From the human T2T-CHM13v2.0 reference genome, Homo sapiens: a stretch of DNA of 64,000 bases. The notes beneath the pieces are model-generated. The model was not told where the DNA came from. It did not search any database and was given only the letters and a program-made list of their open reading frames with translations. The DNA is taken from NCBI RefSeq assembly GCF_009914755.1, contig NC_060933.1, one strand, 5' to 3'. Both the position numbers and the translations under genes were made by a program. Each line of letters opens with the position of its first letter. Position 1 is the stretch's first letter. This document shows, in pieces, positions 39,001 through 53,521 of this stretch.

Positions 39001-42000
39001 CTCGGGTTGATTCCATTCCATTCCATTCCATTCCATTCCATTCCATTCCGGATGATTCCATTCCATTGCATTCCGTTCCATTACATTCCCCTGCACTCGC
39101 GTTGATTCCATTCCATTCCATTCCATTCCATTCAATTCCATTCCATTACAATTCGTTCCATTCCATTCTATTCCGTACCATTCCATTCCATTCCATACCA
39201 TTCCATTCCATTCCATTCCATTCCATTCCGTTCCATTCCGTTCCATTCCATTCCATTCCATTCTATTCGGGTCCATTCCATTCCATTCCATTCCATTCCA
39301 TTCCATTCTATTCCATTCCATTGCAGTCGAGTTGAATCAATTGCATTTCATTCCATTCCATTCCATTCCATTCCATTCCATTCCCGAAGATTCCATTCCA
39401 TTGCATTCTTTTCCATTCCATTCCCCTGCACTCGCGTTGATTCCATTCCATTCCATTCCATTCCATTCCATTCCATTCCATCCATTCCGTTCCGTTCCGT
39501 TCCATTCCATTCCATTCCATTCCATTCCATTCCATTCCATTCCGTTCCATTCCATTCCATTCCATTATATTCGGGTTAATTCCATTCCATTCCATTCGAT
39601 TGCAATCGAGTTGATTCCATTCCATTCCATTCCATTCCATTCCATTCCATTCCATTCCATTCCATTCCTTTCCATTCCATTACGGATGATTCCATTCCAT
39701 TGCATTCCATTCCATTCCATTCCCCTGTACTCGGGTTGATCCATTCCATTCCATTCCAATCCATGCCATTCCACTCGTGTTGATTCCATTCTTTCCATTC
39801 CATTCAAGTTGAATCCATTCCATTGCATTCCATTCCATTCCATTCATCTGCAGTCGGGTTGATTCAATTCCATTCCATTCCATTCCATTCCATTCCATTC
39901 CGTTCCGTTCCATTCCATTCCATTCCTCTCTATTCGGGTTAATGCCATTCCATTCCATTCGATTGCAATCGAGTTGATTCCTTTCCATTGCATTCCATTC
40001 CATTCCATTCCTTTCCATTCCATTACGGATGGTTCCTTTCCATTGCATTCCATTCCATTCCATTCCACTGTACTCGGCTTGATTGCATTCCATTCTATTC
40101 CAATCTATGCCATTCCACTCGTGTTGATTCCATTCTTTGCATTCCATTGAAGTTGAATCCATTCCATTGCATTCCATTCCATTCGATTCCATTCGATTGC
40201 ACTCGGATTGATTCCATTCCATTGCATTCCATTCCATTCCATTCCATTCCATTCGGATTGATTCTATTCAATTCCCTTACACTCCAATACATTCCATTCC
40301 ATTCGGGTAGTTTCCATTCCATTCCATTCCATTCCTCTCCATTCCATTGAACTCGGGTTGATTCCATTCCATTCCATTCCATTCCATTCCATTCCATTAC
40401 ATTACATTCCATTCCATTCCGTTCCATTGTACTCGGGTTGATTCCATTCCATTGCATTCCATTCCATTCCATTCCATTCCATTCCATTCCATTCCGTTCC
40501 ATTCCATTCCATTAAATTCGGATTGATTCTTTTCAACTCCCTTACTCTCCATTACATTCCATTACATTCGTGTTGTTCCATTCCATTCCATTCCATTCCA
40601 CTCCATTCCATTGCACTCGGGTTGATTCCATTCCATTCCATTCCATTCCGGATGATTCCATTCCATTGCATTCCGTTCCATTACATTCCCCTGCACTCGG
40701 GTTGATTCCATTCCATTCCATTCCATTCCATTCGATTCCATTCCATTCCTCTGCACTCGCGTTGATTCCATTCCATTCCATTCCATTCCATTCCATTCCA
40801 TTCCATTCCTTTCCATTCCAGTCCTTTCCATTCCATTCCACTCGGGTTGATTCCATTCTATCAGTTTCCATTCCATTCCATTCGCTTCCATTCCACTCTG
40901 GTTGATTCCATTCCTTTCCATTCCACTCGAATACATTCCCTCCTATTCCACTCGGAACGATTCCATTCCATTGCATTCCATTCCATTCCATTCCATTTCG
41001 TCGCATTCCATTCTATTCCGTATCATTCCATTCCATTCCATTCCATTCCATTCCATTCCATTCCATTCCATTCCACTCGTGTTGATTCCATTCCTTTCCA
41101 TTCCATTCGGTTTAAAGGCATTCCATTCCATTCCATTCCATTCCATTCCATTCCATTCCATTCTATTCGGGTTAATTCCATTCCATTCCATTCGATTGCA
41201 ATCGAGTTGATTCCATTCCATTCCATTCCATTCCATTCCATTCCTTTCCATTCCATTACGGATGATTCCATTCCATTGCATTCCATTCCATTCCATTCCC
41301 CTGTACTCGGGTTGATTCCATTCCATTCCATTCCAATCCATGCCATTCCACTCGTGTTGATTCCATTCTTTCCATTCCATTCAAGTTGAATCCATTCCAT
41401 CGCATTCCATTCCATTCCATTCCCCTGCAGTCTGGTTGATTCTATTCCATTCCATTCCATTCCATTCCATTCCATTCCGTTCCGTTCCGTTCCATTCCAT
41501 TCCATTCCATTCTATTCGGGTTAATTCCATTCCATTCCATTCCATTCCATTCCATTCCATTCCAATCGAGTTGATTCCATTCCATTCCATTTCATTCCAT
41601 TCCACTCCATTCCAGTCCTTTCCATTCCATTCCACTCGGGTTGATTCCAATGTATTCCTTTCCATTCCATTCCATTCCATTGAAATCCAGTTGATTCCAT
41701 TGCTTTGCATTCCATTCCATTCCATTCCATTCCGGATGACTCCATTCCATTGCATTCCATTCCATTGCATTCCCCTGCACTCGGGTTGATTCCATTCCAT
41801 TCCACTCCATTCCGTTGCATTCCATTCCATTCCATTGTATTCGGGTTAATTCCATTCCATTCCATTCCATTCCATTCCATTCCATTCCATTCCATTACAA
41901 TCGAGTTGATTCCATTCCATTCCATTCCATTCCAGTCCTTTCCATTCCATTCCACTCGGGTTGATTACATTCTATTAGCTTCCATTCCATTCCGTTCCCT

Positions 42001-45000
42001 TCCATTCCACTCTGGTTGATTCCATTCCATTCCATTCCACTCGAATACATTCCCTCCTATTCCACTCGGAACGATTCCATTCCATTCCATTCCATTCCAT
42101 TCCATTCCATTCCATTCCATTCCATTCCATTTCGTTCCATTACATTCTATTCCGTATCATTCCATTCCATTCCATTCCATTCCATTCCATTCCATTCCAC
42201 TCGTGTTGATTCCATTCCTTTCCATTCCATTCGCTTTGAAGGCATTCCATTCCATTCCATTCCATTCCATTCCATTCCATTCCATTGTACTCGGGTTGAT
42301 TCCATTCCATTGCATTCCATCCCATTCCATTCCATTCCAATCCGTTGCATTCCATTCCATTACATTCGGATTGATTCTATTCAACTCCCTTACTCTCCAT
42401 TACATTCCATTCCATTCGGGTTGTTCCATTCCATTCCATTCCATTCCACTCCATTCCATTGCACTCGGGTTGATTCCATTCCTTTCCATTCCATTCCATT
42501 CCATTCCGGATGATTCCATTCCATTGCATTCCGTTCCATTACATTCCCCTGCACTCGCGTTGATTCCATTCCATTCCATTCCATTCCATTCCATTCAATT
42601 CCATTCCATTAGAATTCGTTCAATTCCATTCTATTCCGTACCATTCCATTCCATTCCATACCATTCCATTCTATTCCATTCCATTCCATTCCATTCCATT
42701 TCGTTCCATTCCGTTCCATTCCATTCCATTCCATTCTATTCGGGTTAATTCCATTCCATTCCATTCCATTCCATTCCATTCCATTCCATTCCATTCCAAT
42801 CTATTCCATTCCATTGCAATCGAGTTGAATCCATTGCATTTCATTCCATTCCATTCCATTCCATTCCATTGCAATCGAGTTGAATCCATTGCATTTCATT
42901 CCATTCCATTCCATTCCATTCCATTCCGGAAGATTCCATTCCATTGCATTCCATTCCATTCCATTCCCCTGCACTCGCGTTGATTCCATTCCATTCCATT
43001 CCATTCCATTCCATTCCGTTCCGTTCCGTTCCATTTCATTCCATTCCATTCCATTCCATTCCGTTCCATTCCATTCCATTCCATTCCATTCTATTCGGGT
43101 TAATTCCATTCCATTCCATTCGATTGCAATCGAGTTGATTCCATTCCATTCCATTCCATTCCATTCCATTCCAATCGAGTTGATTCCATTCCATTCCATT
43201 CCATTCCATTCCACTCCATTCCAGTCCTTTCCTTTCCATTCCACTCGGGTTGATTCCATTCTATTCCTTTCCATTCCATTCCATTCCATTGCAATCGAGT
43301 TGATTCCATTGCTTTGCATTCCATTCCATTCCATTCCATTCCGGATGATTCCATTCCATTGCATTCCATTCCATTCCATTTCCCTGCACTCGGGTTGATT
43401 CCATTCCATTCCACTCCATTCCCTTCCATTCCATTCCATTCCATTGTATTCGGGTTAATTCCATTCCATGCCATTTCATTCCATTCCATTCCATTCCATT
43501 CCATTCTATTACAATCGAGTTGATTCCATTCCATTCCATTCCACTCCATTCCATTCCATTCCAGTCCTTTCCATTCCATTCCACTCGGGTTGATTCCATT
43601 CTATTAGTTTCCATTCCATTCCATTCCCTTCCATTCCACTCTGGTTGATTCCATTCCTTTCCATTCCACTCGAATACATTCCCTCCTATTCCACTGGGAA
43701 CGATTCCATTCCATTCCATTCCATTCCATTCCATTCCATTCCATTCCATTCCATTCCATTTCCTTCCATTCCATTCTATTCCGTACCATTCCATTCCATT
43801 CCATTCCTTTCCATTCCATTCCATTCCATTCCACTCTTATTGATTCAATTCCTTTCCATTCCATTCGGTTTGAAGGCATTCCATTCCATTCAATTCCATT
43901 CCATTCCATTCCATTCCATTCCATTCCATTCCATTCCATTGTACTCGGGTTGATTCCATTCCATTCCATTCCATTCTATTCCATTCCGTTGCATTCCATT
44001 CCATTACATTCGGACTGATTCTATTCAACTCTCTTACTCTCCATTCCATTCCATTCCATTCGGGTTGTTCCATTCCATTCCATTCCATTCCACTCCATTC
44101 CATTGCACTCGTGTTGATTCCATTCCATTCCATTCCATACCATTCCATTCCATTCCATTCCATTCCATTCCGTTCCATTCCGTTCCATTCCATTCCATTC
44201 CATTGCAATCGAGTTGATTCCATTCCATTCCATTCAATTCCGGATGATTCCATTCCATTGCCTTCAATTCCATTCCATTCCCCTGCACTCGGGTTGATTC
44301 CATTCCATTCCATTCCATTCCATTCCATTCCATTCCATTCCATTCCATTTCATTCCATTCCATTTCGTTCCTTTCCATTCTATTCCGTACCATTCCATTC
44401 CATTCCATTCCATTCCATTCCATTCCATTCCATGCCATTCCACTCGGGTTGATTCCATTCCTTTCCATTGCATTCGAGTTGAATCCATTCCAATCCATTC
44501 CATTCCATTCGATTAAATTCCATTGCACACGGGTTCATTCCATTCCATTCCATTCCATTCCATTCCATTCCATTTCGTTCCATTCCATTCTACTCCGTAC
44601 CATTCCATTCCATTCCATTCCATTCCATTCCATTCCACTCCATGCCATTCCACTCGGGTTTATTCCATTCCTTTCCATTCCATTCGGGTTGAATCCATTC
44701 CATTCCATTCCATTCCATTCGATTCCATTACATTGCACTCGGGTTGATTCCATTCCATTCCATTCCATTCCATTCCATTCCATTTAGTTCCATTCCATTC
44801 TATTCCATACCATTCCATTCCATTCCATTCCATTCCACTCCATTCCATGCTATTCCTCTCGGGTTTATTCCATTCCTTTCCATTCCATTCGGATTGAATC
44901 CATTCCTATCCATTCAATTCCATTCCACTCGATTCCATTACATTGCACTCGTGTTGTTTCCATTCCATTCCATTCCATTCCATTTCATTCTATTCCATTC

Positions 45001-48000
45001 CATTCCATTCCATTCCATTCCATTCCATTCCATTCCATGCCATTCCACTCGGGTTGATTCCATTCCTTTCCATTCCATTCGAGTTGAAACCATTCCATTC
45101 CATTCCATTCCATTCCATTCCATTCCAATCCATTGCACACGGGTTCATTCCATTCCATTCCATTCCATTCCATTCCATTCCATTTCGTTCCATTCCATTC
45201 TATTCCGTAGCATTCCATTCCATTCCATTCCATTCGTTTCCATTCCATTCGGGTTGAATCCATTCCTTTCCATTCCATTCCGTTCAATTCCATTCCATTG
45301 AACTCGGGTTGATTCCATTCCATTCCATGCCATTCCATTTCATTCCGTTCCATTCCATTCCATTACATTCGGATTGATTCTTTTCAATTCCCTTACACTC
45401 CATTCCATTCCATTCCATTCGGGTAGTTTCCGTTCCATTCCATTCCATTCCACTCCATTGCATTGCACTCGGGTTGATTGATTCCATTCCATTGCATTCC
45501 ATTCCATTCCATTCCATTCCGGATGAATCCATTCCATTGCATTCCATTCCATTCCATTCCCCTGCACTCGGGTTGATTCCATTCCATTCCATTCCGTTCC
45601 ATTCCATTCCATTCCATTCCATTCTGTTCAGGTTAATTCCATTCCATTCCATTCCATTCCATTCCATTCCATTCCATTCCATTCCATTCCATTGCAATCG
45701 AGTTGTTTCCATTGCATTCCATTCCATTCCATTCCATTGCATTCCATTGCATTCCATTCCCCTGCACTCAGTTTGATTCCATTCCATTCCATTCCATTCC
45801 ATTCCATTCCATTCCATTCCATTCCGGATGATTCCATTCCATTGCCTTCCATTCCACTCCATTCCCCTGCACTCGGGTTGATTCCATTCCATTCCATTCC
45901 ATTCCATTCCATTCCATTCCATTTCGTTCCATTCCACTCTATTCCATTCCATTCCATTCCATTCCATTCCATTCCATTCCATTCCATTCTATTCGGGTTA
46001 ATTTCATTCCATTCCATTCCATTCCATTCCATTCCATTCCATTCCATTCCATTCCATTCCATTGAAATCGAGTTGATTCCATTTCATTCCATTCCATTCC
46101 ATTCCATTCCATTCCATTCCGTTCCATTCCATTCCATTACATTCGGATTGATTGTATTCAATTCCCTTAAACTCCATTACATTCCATTCCATTCGGGTTG
46201 TTTCCGTTCCATTACATTCCATTCCACTCCATTCCATTGCACTCAGGTTGATTCCATTCCATTCCATTCCATTCCATTCCATTCCATTCCATTTCGTTCC
46301 ATTCCATTCTATTCCGTACCATTCCATTCCATTCCATTCCATTCCATGCCATTCCACTCGGATTGATTCCATTCCTTTCCATTCCATTCGGGTTGAATCC
46401 ATTCCATTCTATTCCATTGCATTCCGTTCCATTCCATTCCCCTGCAATCGGGTGGATTCCATTTTATTCAATTCCATTCCATTCATTCCATTCCATTCCA
46501 TTCCATTTCGTTCCATTCCATTCTATTCCGTACCTTTCCATTCCGTTCCATTCCATTCCATTCCATGCCATGCCATTCCACTCGGGTTGATTCCATTCCT
46601 TTCCATTCCATTCTAGTTGAATCCATTCCATTGCATTCTATTCCATTCGATTCCATTCAATTGCACACGGGTTCATTCTATTCCATTCCATTCCATTCCA
46701 TTCCATTCCATTCCGTTCCATTCCATTCCATTTCGTTCCATTCCATTCTATTCCATACCATTCCCTTCCATTCCATTCCATTCCCCTCCGTTCCATGCCA
46801 TTCCACTCTGGTTTATTCCATTCCTTTCCATTCCATTCGGGTTGAATCCATTCCATTCCATTCCATTCCATTAAATTCCATTCCATTCCATTCCATGCCA
46901 TTCCACTCGGGTTGATTCCATTCCTTTCCATTCCATTCGAGTTGAACCCATTCCATTCCATTCCATTCCATTCCATTGCTCACGGGTTCATTCCTTTCCA
47001 TTCCATTCCATTCCATTCCATTTCGTTCCATTCCATTCTACTCCGTACCATTCCATTCCATTCCATTCCCTTCCATGCCATTTCACTCGGGATTATTCCT
47101 TTCCTTTCCATTCCATTCGGGTTGAATCCATTCCATTCCATTCCATTGCATTCCATTCCATTCCATTCCCCTGTAATCGGGTGGATTCCATTCTATTCCA
47201 TTGCATTCCATTCCATTCCATTCCATTCCGTTCCATTTCGTTCCATTCCATTCTATTCCGTAACTTTCCATACCATTCCATTCCATTCCATTCCATGCCA
47301 TTCCACTCGGGTTGATTCCATTGCTTTCCATTCCATTAGGGTTGAATCTAATCCATTCCATTCCATTCCATTCCATTCCATTCCATTGCACTAGGTTTGA
47401 TTCCATTTCACTGCATTCCATTCCATTCCATTCCATTCCATTAAATTCCATTCCACTCGGGTTGATGCCATTCCTTTCCATTCCATTCGTGTTGAATCCA
47501 TTCCATTCCATTCCATTACTTTCGATTCCATTCCATTGCACTCGGGTTGAACCCATTCCATTGGATTCCATTCCATTCCATTGCATTCCATTCCGTTCCA
47601 TTCCATTCCATTACATTCGTATTGATTCTGTTCAATTCCCTTACACTCCATTCCATTCCATTCCATTCCATTCGGGTTGTTTCCATTCCATTCCATTCCA
47701 TTCCACTCCATTCCATTGCAATCGGGTTGATTCCATTCCATTCCATTCCATTCCATTCCGTATGATTCCATTCCATTGCATTCCATTCCATTCCATTCCC
47801 CTGCACTCGGGTGGATTCCATTCTATTCCATTCCATTCCATTCCACTCTATTCCATTCCATTCCATTCCATTCCATTCCATTCCATTCCATTCCATTCCA
47901 TTCTATTCCATTCTATTCGGGTTAATTTCATTCCATTCCATTCCATTCCATTCCGTTCCATTCCATTCCATTCCATTCCATTGAAATCGAGTTGATTCCA

Positions 48001-48310
48001 TTTCATTCCATTCCATTCCATTCCATTCCATTCCATTCCATTGCATTTTATTCCGGTTAATTCCGTTCCATTCCATTCCATTCCATTCCCTTCCATTCCA
48101 TTCCATTCCATTCTATTAGGGTTAATTCCATTCCATTCCATTCCATTACATTCCATTGCAATCGAGTTGATTCCATTCCATTCCATTCCATTCCATTCAA
48201 TTCCGGATGATTGCATTCCATTGCCTTCCATTCCATTCCATTCACCTACACTCGGGTTTATTCCATTCCATTCCTTTCCATTCCATTCCATTCCATTCCA
48301 TTCCATTCCA

Positions 48311-49600
48311 TTCTATTAGGGTTAATTCCATTCCATTCCATTCCATTACATTCCATTGCAATCGAGTTGATTCCATTCCATTCGATTCCATTCCATTGCA
48401 CACGGGTTCATTCCATTCCATTCCATTCCTTTCCATTCCATTCCATTGCACACGGGTTCATTCCATTCCATTCCATTCCATTACATTACATTCCATTTCG
48501 TTCCATTCCATTCTATTCCGTACCATTCCATTCCATTCCATTCCATTCCATTCCATTCCATTCCATTCCATTCCATTCCACTCCATTCCATGCCATTCCA
48601 CTCGGGTTTATTCCATTCCTTTCCATTCCATTCGGGTTGAATCCATTCCATTCCATTCCATTCCATTCCATTCCATTCAATTCCATTACATAGCACTCGG
48701 GTTGATTCCATTGCATTCCATTCCATTCCATTGCATTCCATTCCATTCCATTCCATTCCATTGCATTCCATTCCATGCCGTTCCACTCGGGTTGATTCCA
48801 TTCCTTTCCATTCCATTCGAGTTGAACCCACTCCATTCCATTCCATTCCATTCCATTCCATTCCATTCCATTCTATTCTATTCGGGTTAATTTCATTCCA
48901 TTCCATTCCATTCCATTCCATTGCATTCCATTCCATTCCATTGAAATCGAGTTGATTCCATTTCATTCCATTCCATTCCATTCCATTCCATTCCATTCCA
49001 TTGCATTCTATTCCGGTTAATTCCATTCCATTCCATTCCCTTCCATTCCATTCCATTCCATTCTATTAGGGTTAATTCCATTCCATTCCATTCCATTACA
49101 TTCCATTGCAATCGAGTTGATTCCATTCCATTCGATTCCATTCCATTGCACACGGGTTCATTCCATTCCATTCCATTCCTTTCCATTCCATTCCATTGCA
49201 CACGGGTTCATTCCATTCCATTCCATTCCATTACATTACATTCCATTTCGTTCCATTCCATTCTATTCCGTACCATTCCATTCCATTCCATTCCATTCCA
49301 TTCCATTCCATTCCATTCCACTCCATTCCATGCCATTCCACTCGGGTTTATTCCATTCCTTTCCATTCCATTCGGGTTGAATCCATTCCATTCCATTCCA
49401 TTCCATTCTATTCCATTCAATTCCATTACATAGCACTCGGGTTGATTCCATTGCATTCCATTCCATTCCATTGCATTCCATTCCATTCCATTGCATTCCA
49501 TTCCATTCCATTCCATTCCATTGCATTCCATTCCATGCCGTTCCACTCGGGTTGATTCCATTCCTTTCCATTCCATTCGAGTTGAACCCATTCCATTCCA
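48311..49600 (-). repeat. Local duplication of about 540 bp at 740-760 bp offset
   Basis: TTCTATTAGG at 48311/49061, doubled GCACACGGGTTCA in both copies, TAGCACTCGG at 48691/49431 and TTCCATGCCG at 48771/49531. Confidence 0.88.
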
Positions 49601-50999
49601 TTCCATTCCATTCCATTCCATTCCATTGCAATCGAATTGATTCCATTCCATTCTATTCCATTCCATTCCATTCCATTCCATTGCACTAGGTTTGATTCCA
49701 TTCCACTGCATTCCATTCCATTCCATTCCATTCCATTCCGTTCCATTCCATTCCATTACATTCGGTTTGATTGTATTCAATTCCCTTACACTCCATTTCA
49801 TTCCATTCCATTCAGGTTGTTTCCATTCCATTCCAATCCATTCCACTCCATTCCATTGCACTCGGGTTGATTGCATTCCATTCCATTCCATTCTACTCCA
49901 TTTCGTTCCATTCCATTCTATTCGGTAGCATTCCATTCCATTCCATTCCAATCCATTCCATTCCATGCCATTCCACTTGGGTTGATTCCCTTCCTTTCCA
50001 ATCCATTCGGGTTGAATCCATTCCATTCCATTCCATTCCATTCCATTCCATTCCATTCCTTTCAATTCCATTGCACACGGGTTGGTTCCATTCCATTCCT
50101 TTCCGTTCCATTCCGGATGACTCCATTCCATTGCATTCCATTCCATTCCATTCCCCTGCACTCGGGTTCATTACCTTCCATTCCATTTACTTCCATTCCA
50201 TTCCATTCCATTCTATTCGGGTTAATTCCATTCCATTCCATTGCATTCCATTGCATTGCATTCCATTCCATTCCATTCCATGCCATTCCATTCCATTCCA
50301 TTGCAATCGAGTTGATTCCATTCCATTCCATTCAATTCCGGATGATTCCATTCCATTGCCTTCAATTCCATTCCATTCCCCTGCACTCGGTTTGATTCCA
50401 TTCCATTCCATTCCATTCCATTCCATTCCATTCCATTCCATTTCGTTCCATTCCATTCTATTCCGTACCATTCCATTCTATTCCATTCCATTCCATTCCA
50501 CTCCACTCCATGCCATTCCACTCGGGTTTATTCCATTGCTTTCCATTCCATTCGTGTTGAATCCATTCCATTCCATTCCATTCCATTCGATTCCATTCAA
50601 TTGCTCACGTGTTCATTCCATTCCATTCCATTCCATTCCATTCCATTCCATTCCATTTCGTTCCATTCCATTCTCTTCCGTAGTATTCCATTCCATTCCA
50701 TTCCACTCCATTCCATGCCATTCCACTCGGGTTTATTCCATTCCTTTCCATTCCATTCGGGTTGAATTCATTCCATTGCATTCCATTCCATTCCATTCAA
50801 TTCCATTACATTGCACTCGGGTTGATTCCATTCCATTCCTTTCCATTTCAATCCATTCCCTTCCATTCCATTTCATTCCATTGCTTTCCATTCCATTCCA
50901 TTCCATTCCATTCCATGCCATTCCACTCGGGTTGATTCCATTCCTTTCCATTCCATTCTAGTTGAACCCATTCCATTCCATTCCATTCCATTCCATTCC

Positions 51000-51020
51000 A
51001 TTGCACACGGAATGGAATGG
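51000..51020. other. Strand-switch junction 2 (ATTCC to GGAAT; G-rich strands diverge)
   Basis: Reads ATTGCACACGG|AATGGAATGG. The word GCACACGGGTTCA is truncated after CGG, with no foreign insert. Confidence 0.95.
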
Positions 51021-53521
51021 AATGGAAACAACCCGAATGGAATGGAATGTATTGGAGTGTAAGGGAATTGAATACAATCAATCCGAATGTAATGGAATGG
51101 AATGGAACGGAATGGAATGGAATGGAATGCAGCGGAATGGAATCAAACCTAGTGCAATGGAATGAAATGGAATGGAATGGAATGGAATGGAATGGAATGG
51201 AATGGAATGGATTGGATTCAACCCAAATGGAATGGAAAGCAATGGAATCAACCCGAGTGGAATGGCATGGAATGGAATGGAATGGAATGGAATGGAATGG
51301 AATGGTACAGAATAGAATGGAATGGAACGAAATGGAATGGAATGGAATGGAATGGAACGGAATGGAATGGAATCAACTCGATTGCAATGGAATGTAATGG
51401 AATGGAATGGAATGGAATTAACGCGAATAGAATGGAATGGAATGTAATGGAACGGAATGGAATGGAATGGGATGGAATGGAATCAATCTGAGTGCAGGGG
51501 AATGCAATGGAATGGAATGCAATGGAATGGAATGGAATGGAATGGAATGCAATGGAATCAACTAGATTGCAATGGGATGGAATGGAATGGAATGGAATGG
51601 AATGGAATGGAATGGAATGGAATTAACCTGAAAAGAATGGAATGGAATGGAATGGAATGGAACGGAATGGAATGGAATGCAATGGAATGGGATCAACCCG
51701 AGTGCAGGGGAATGGAATGGAATGGAATGCAATCTAATGGAATCAATCAACCCGAGTGCAATAGAATGCAGTGGAATGGAATGGAATGGAATGGAAAGTA
51801 CCCGAATGGAATGGAATGTAATGGAGTGTAAGGGAATTAAAAAGAATCAATCCGAATGTAATGGAATGGAATTGAAAGGAAAGGAATGGAAAGGAATGGA
51901 ATGGAATAGAACGGAATGAAATGGAATGGCATAGAATGGAATGGAATCAACCCGAGCGCAATGGAATGGAATGGAATGGAATGGAATGGATTCAACCCGA
52001 ATGGAATGGAAAAGAATGGAATAAACCCGAGTGAAATGGCATGGAAGGGAATGGAATGGAATGGAATGGTACGGAATAGAATGGAATGGAACGAAATGGA
52101 ATGGAATGGAACGGAATGGAATGGAATGGAATGGAATGAACCCGTGAGCAATGGAAAGGAATGGAATGGAATGGAATGGAAGGGAATGGAATGGGTTCAA
52201 TTCGAATGGAATGGAAAGGAATGCAATCAACCCGAGTGCAATGGCATGGAATGGAATGGAATGGAATGGAATGGAATGGAATGGACTCAACCCGAATGGA
52301 ATGGAAAGGAATGGAATAAACCCGAGTGGAATGGCATGGAATGGAGTGGAATGGAATGGAATGGAATGGAATGGAATGGAATGGAATTAACCCTAATAGA
52401 ATGGAATGGAATGGAATGGAATGGAATGGAATGGAATGGAATGGAATGGAATGGAATGGAATGGAATTAACACGAATAGAATGGAATGGAATGGAATGGA
52501 ATGGAATGGAATGGAATCAACTCGATTTCAATGGAATGGAATGGAATGGAATGGAATGGAATGGAATGGAAGGGAATGGAATGAAATTAACCCGAATAGA
52601 ATGGAATGGAATGGAATGGAATGGAATGGAATGGAATGGAATGGAATGGAATAGAATGGAATCCAACCGAGTGCAGTGGAATGGAATGGAATGGAATGCA
52701 ATGGAATGGAATCATACGGAATGGAATGGAATGGAATGGAATGGAATGAAATGGAATGGAATGCAATGGAATGGAATGGAAACAACCCGAATGGAATGGA
52801 ATGTAATGGAGAGTAAGGGAATTGAATAGAATCAATACGAATGTAATGGAATGGAATGGAACGGAATGGAATGCAATGGAATGGAATGGAATGCAATGGA
52901 ATGGGATCAACCCGAGTGAAATGGAATGGAATCGAAAGGAATGGAATAGAATGGAATGGTTTCAACCCGAATGGAATGGAAAGGAATGGAATCAACCCGA
53001 GTGGAATGGAATGGAATGGAATGGAATGGAATGGAATGGAATGGAATGGAATGGGTTCAACTCGAATGGAATGGAAAAGAATGGAATCAACCCGAGTGGA
53101 ATGGCATGGAATGGAATGGAATGGAATGGAATGGAATGGAATGGAATGGATTCAACACGAATGGAATGGAAGGGAATGGAATAAACCCGAGTGTTATGGC
53201 ATGGAATAGAGTGGAATGGAATTGAATGGAAGGGAATGGTACGGAATAGAATGGAATGGAACGAAATGGAATGGAATGGAATGGAATGGAATGAACCCGT
53301 GTGCAATTGAATGGAATCGAATGGAATGGAATGCAATGGAATGGATTCAACTAGAATGGAATGGAAAGGAATGGAATCAACCCGAGTGGAATGGCATGGA
53401 ATGGAATGGAATGAAATGGAATGGAATGGAATGGAATGGAATGGAATGGTACGGAATAGAATGGAATGGAACGAAATGGAATGGAATGGAATGGAATGGA
53501 ACGGAATGGAATGGAATCAAC

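Larger units (their letters stand above)
1581..44150. repeat. Sub-family domain A, spanning junction 1
   Basis: Carries A words TCTTCCGGAA, CAACGCGAGTGCAGGGG, CAACCCGAGTACAGGGG, TTCAACTTGAATGGAATGGAAAGAATGG, GAGAGTAAGGGAGTTGAATAG and TCATCCGTAA, on either strand. Right boundary is approximate (44110-44200). Confidence 0.75.
5656..51010 (-). repeat. HSat3 block 2, reverse orientation (ATTCC on +), about 45.4 kb
   Basis: Continuous CCATT orientation from GTTTATTCC (5656) to ...CCATTGCACACGG (51010). All words appear as reverse complements, e.g. ACTCGGGTTG. Confidence 0.97.

Noticed and set aside
5656-51010. Mobile element or site-specific invertible cassette
   Set aside because: No terminal repeats, target-site duplication, recombinase gene or matching sites, and the two ends are not reciprocal.
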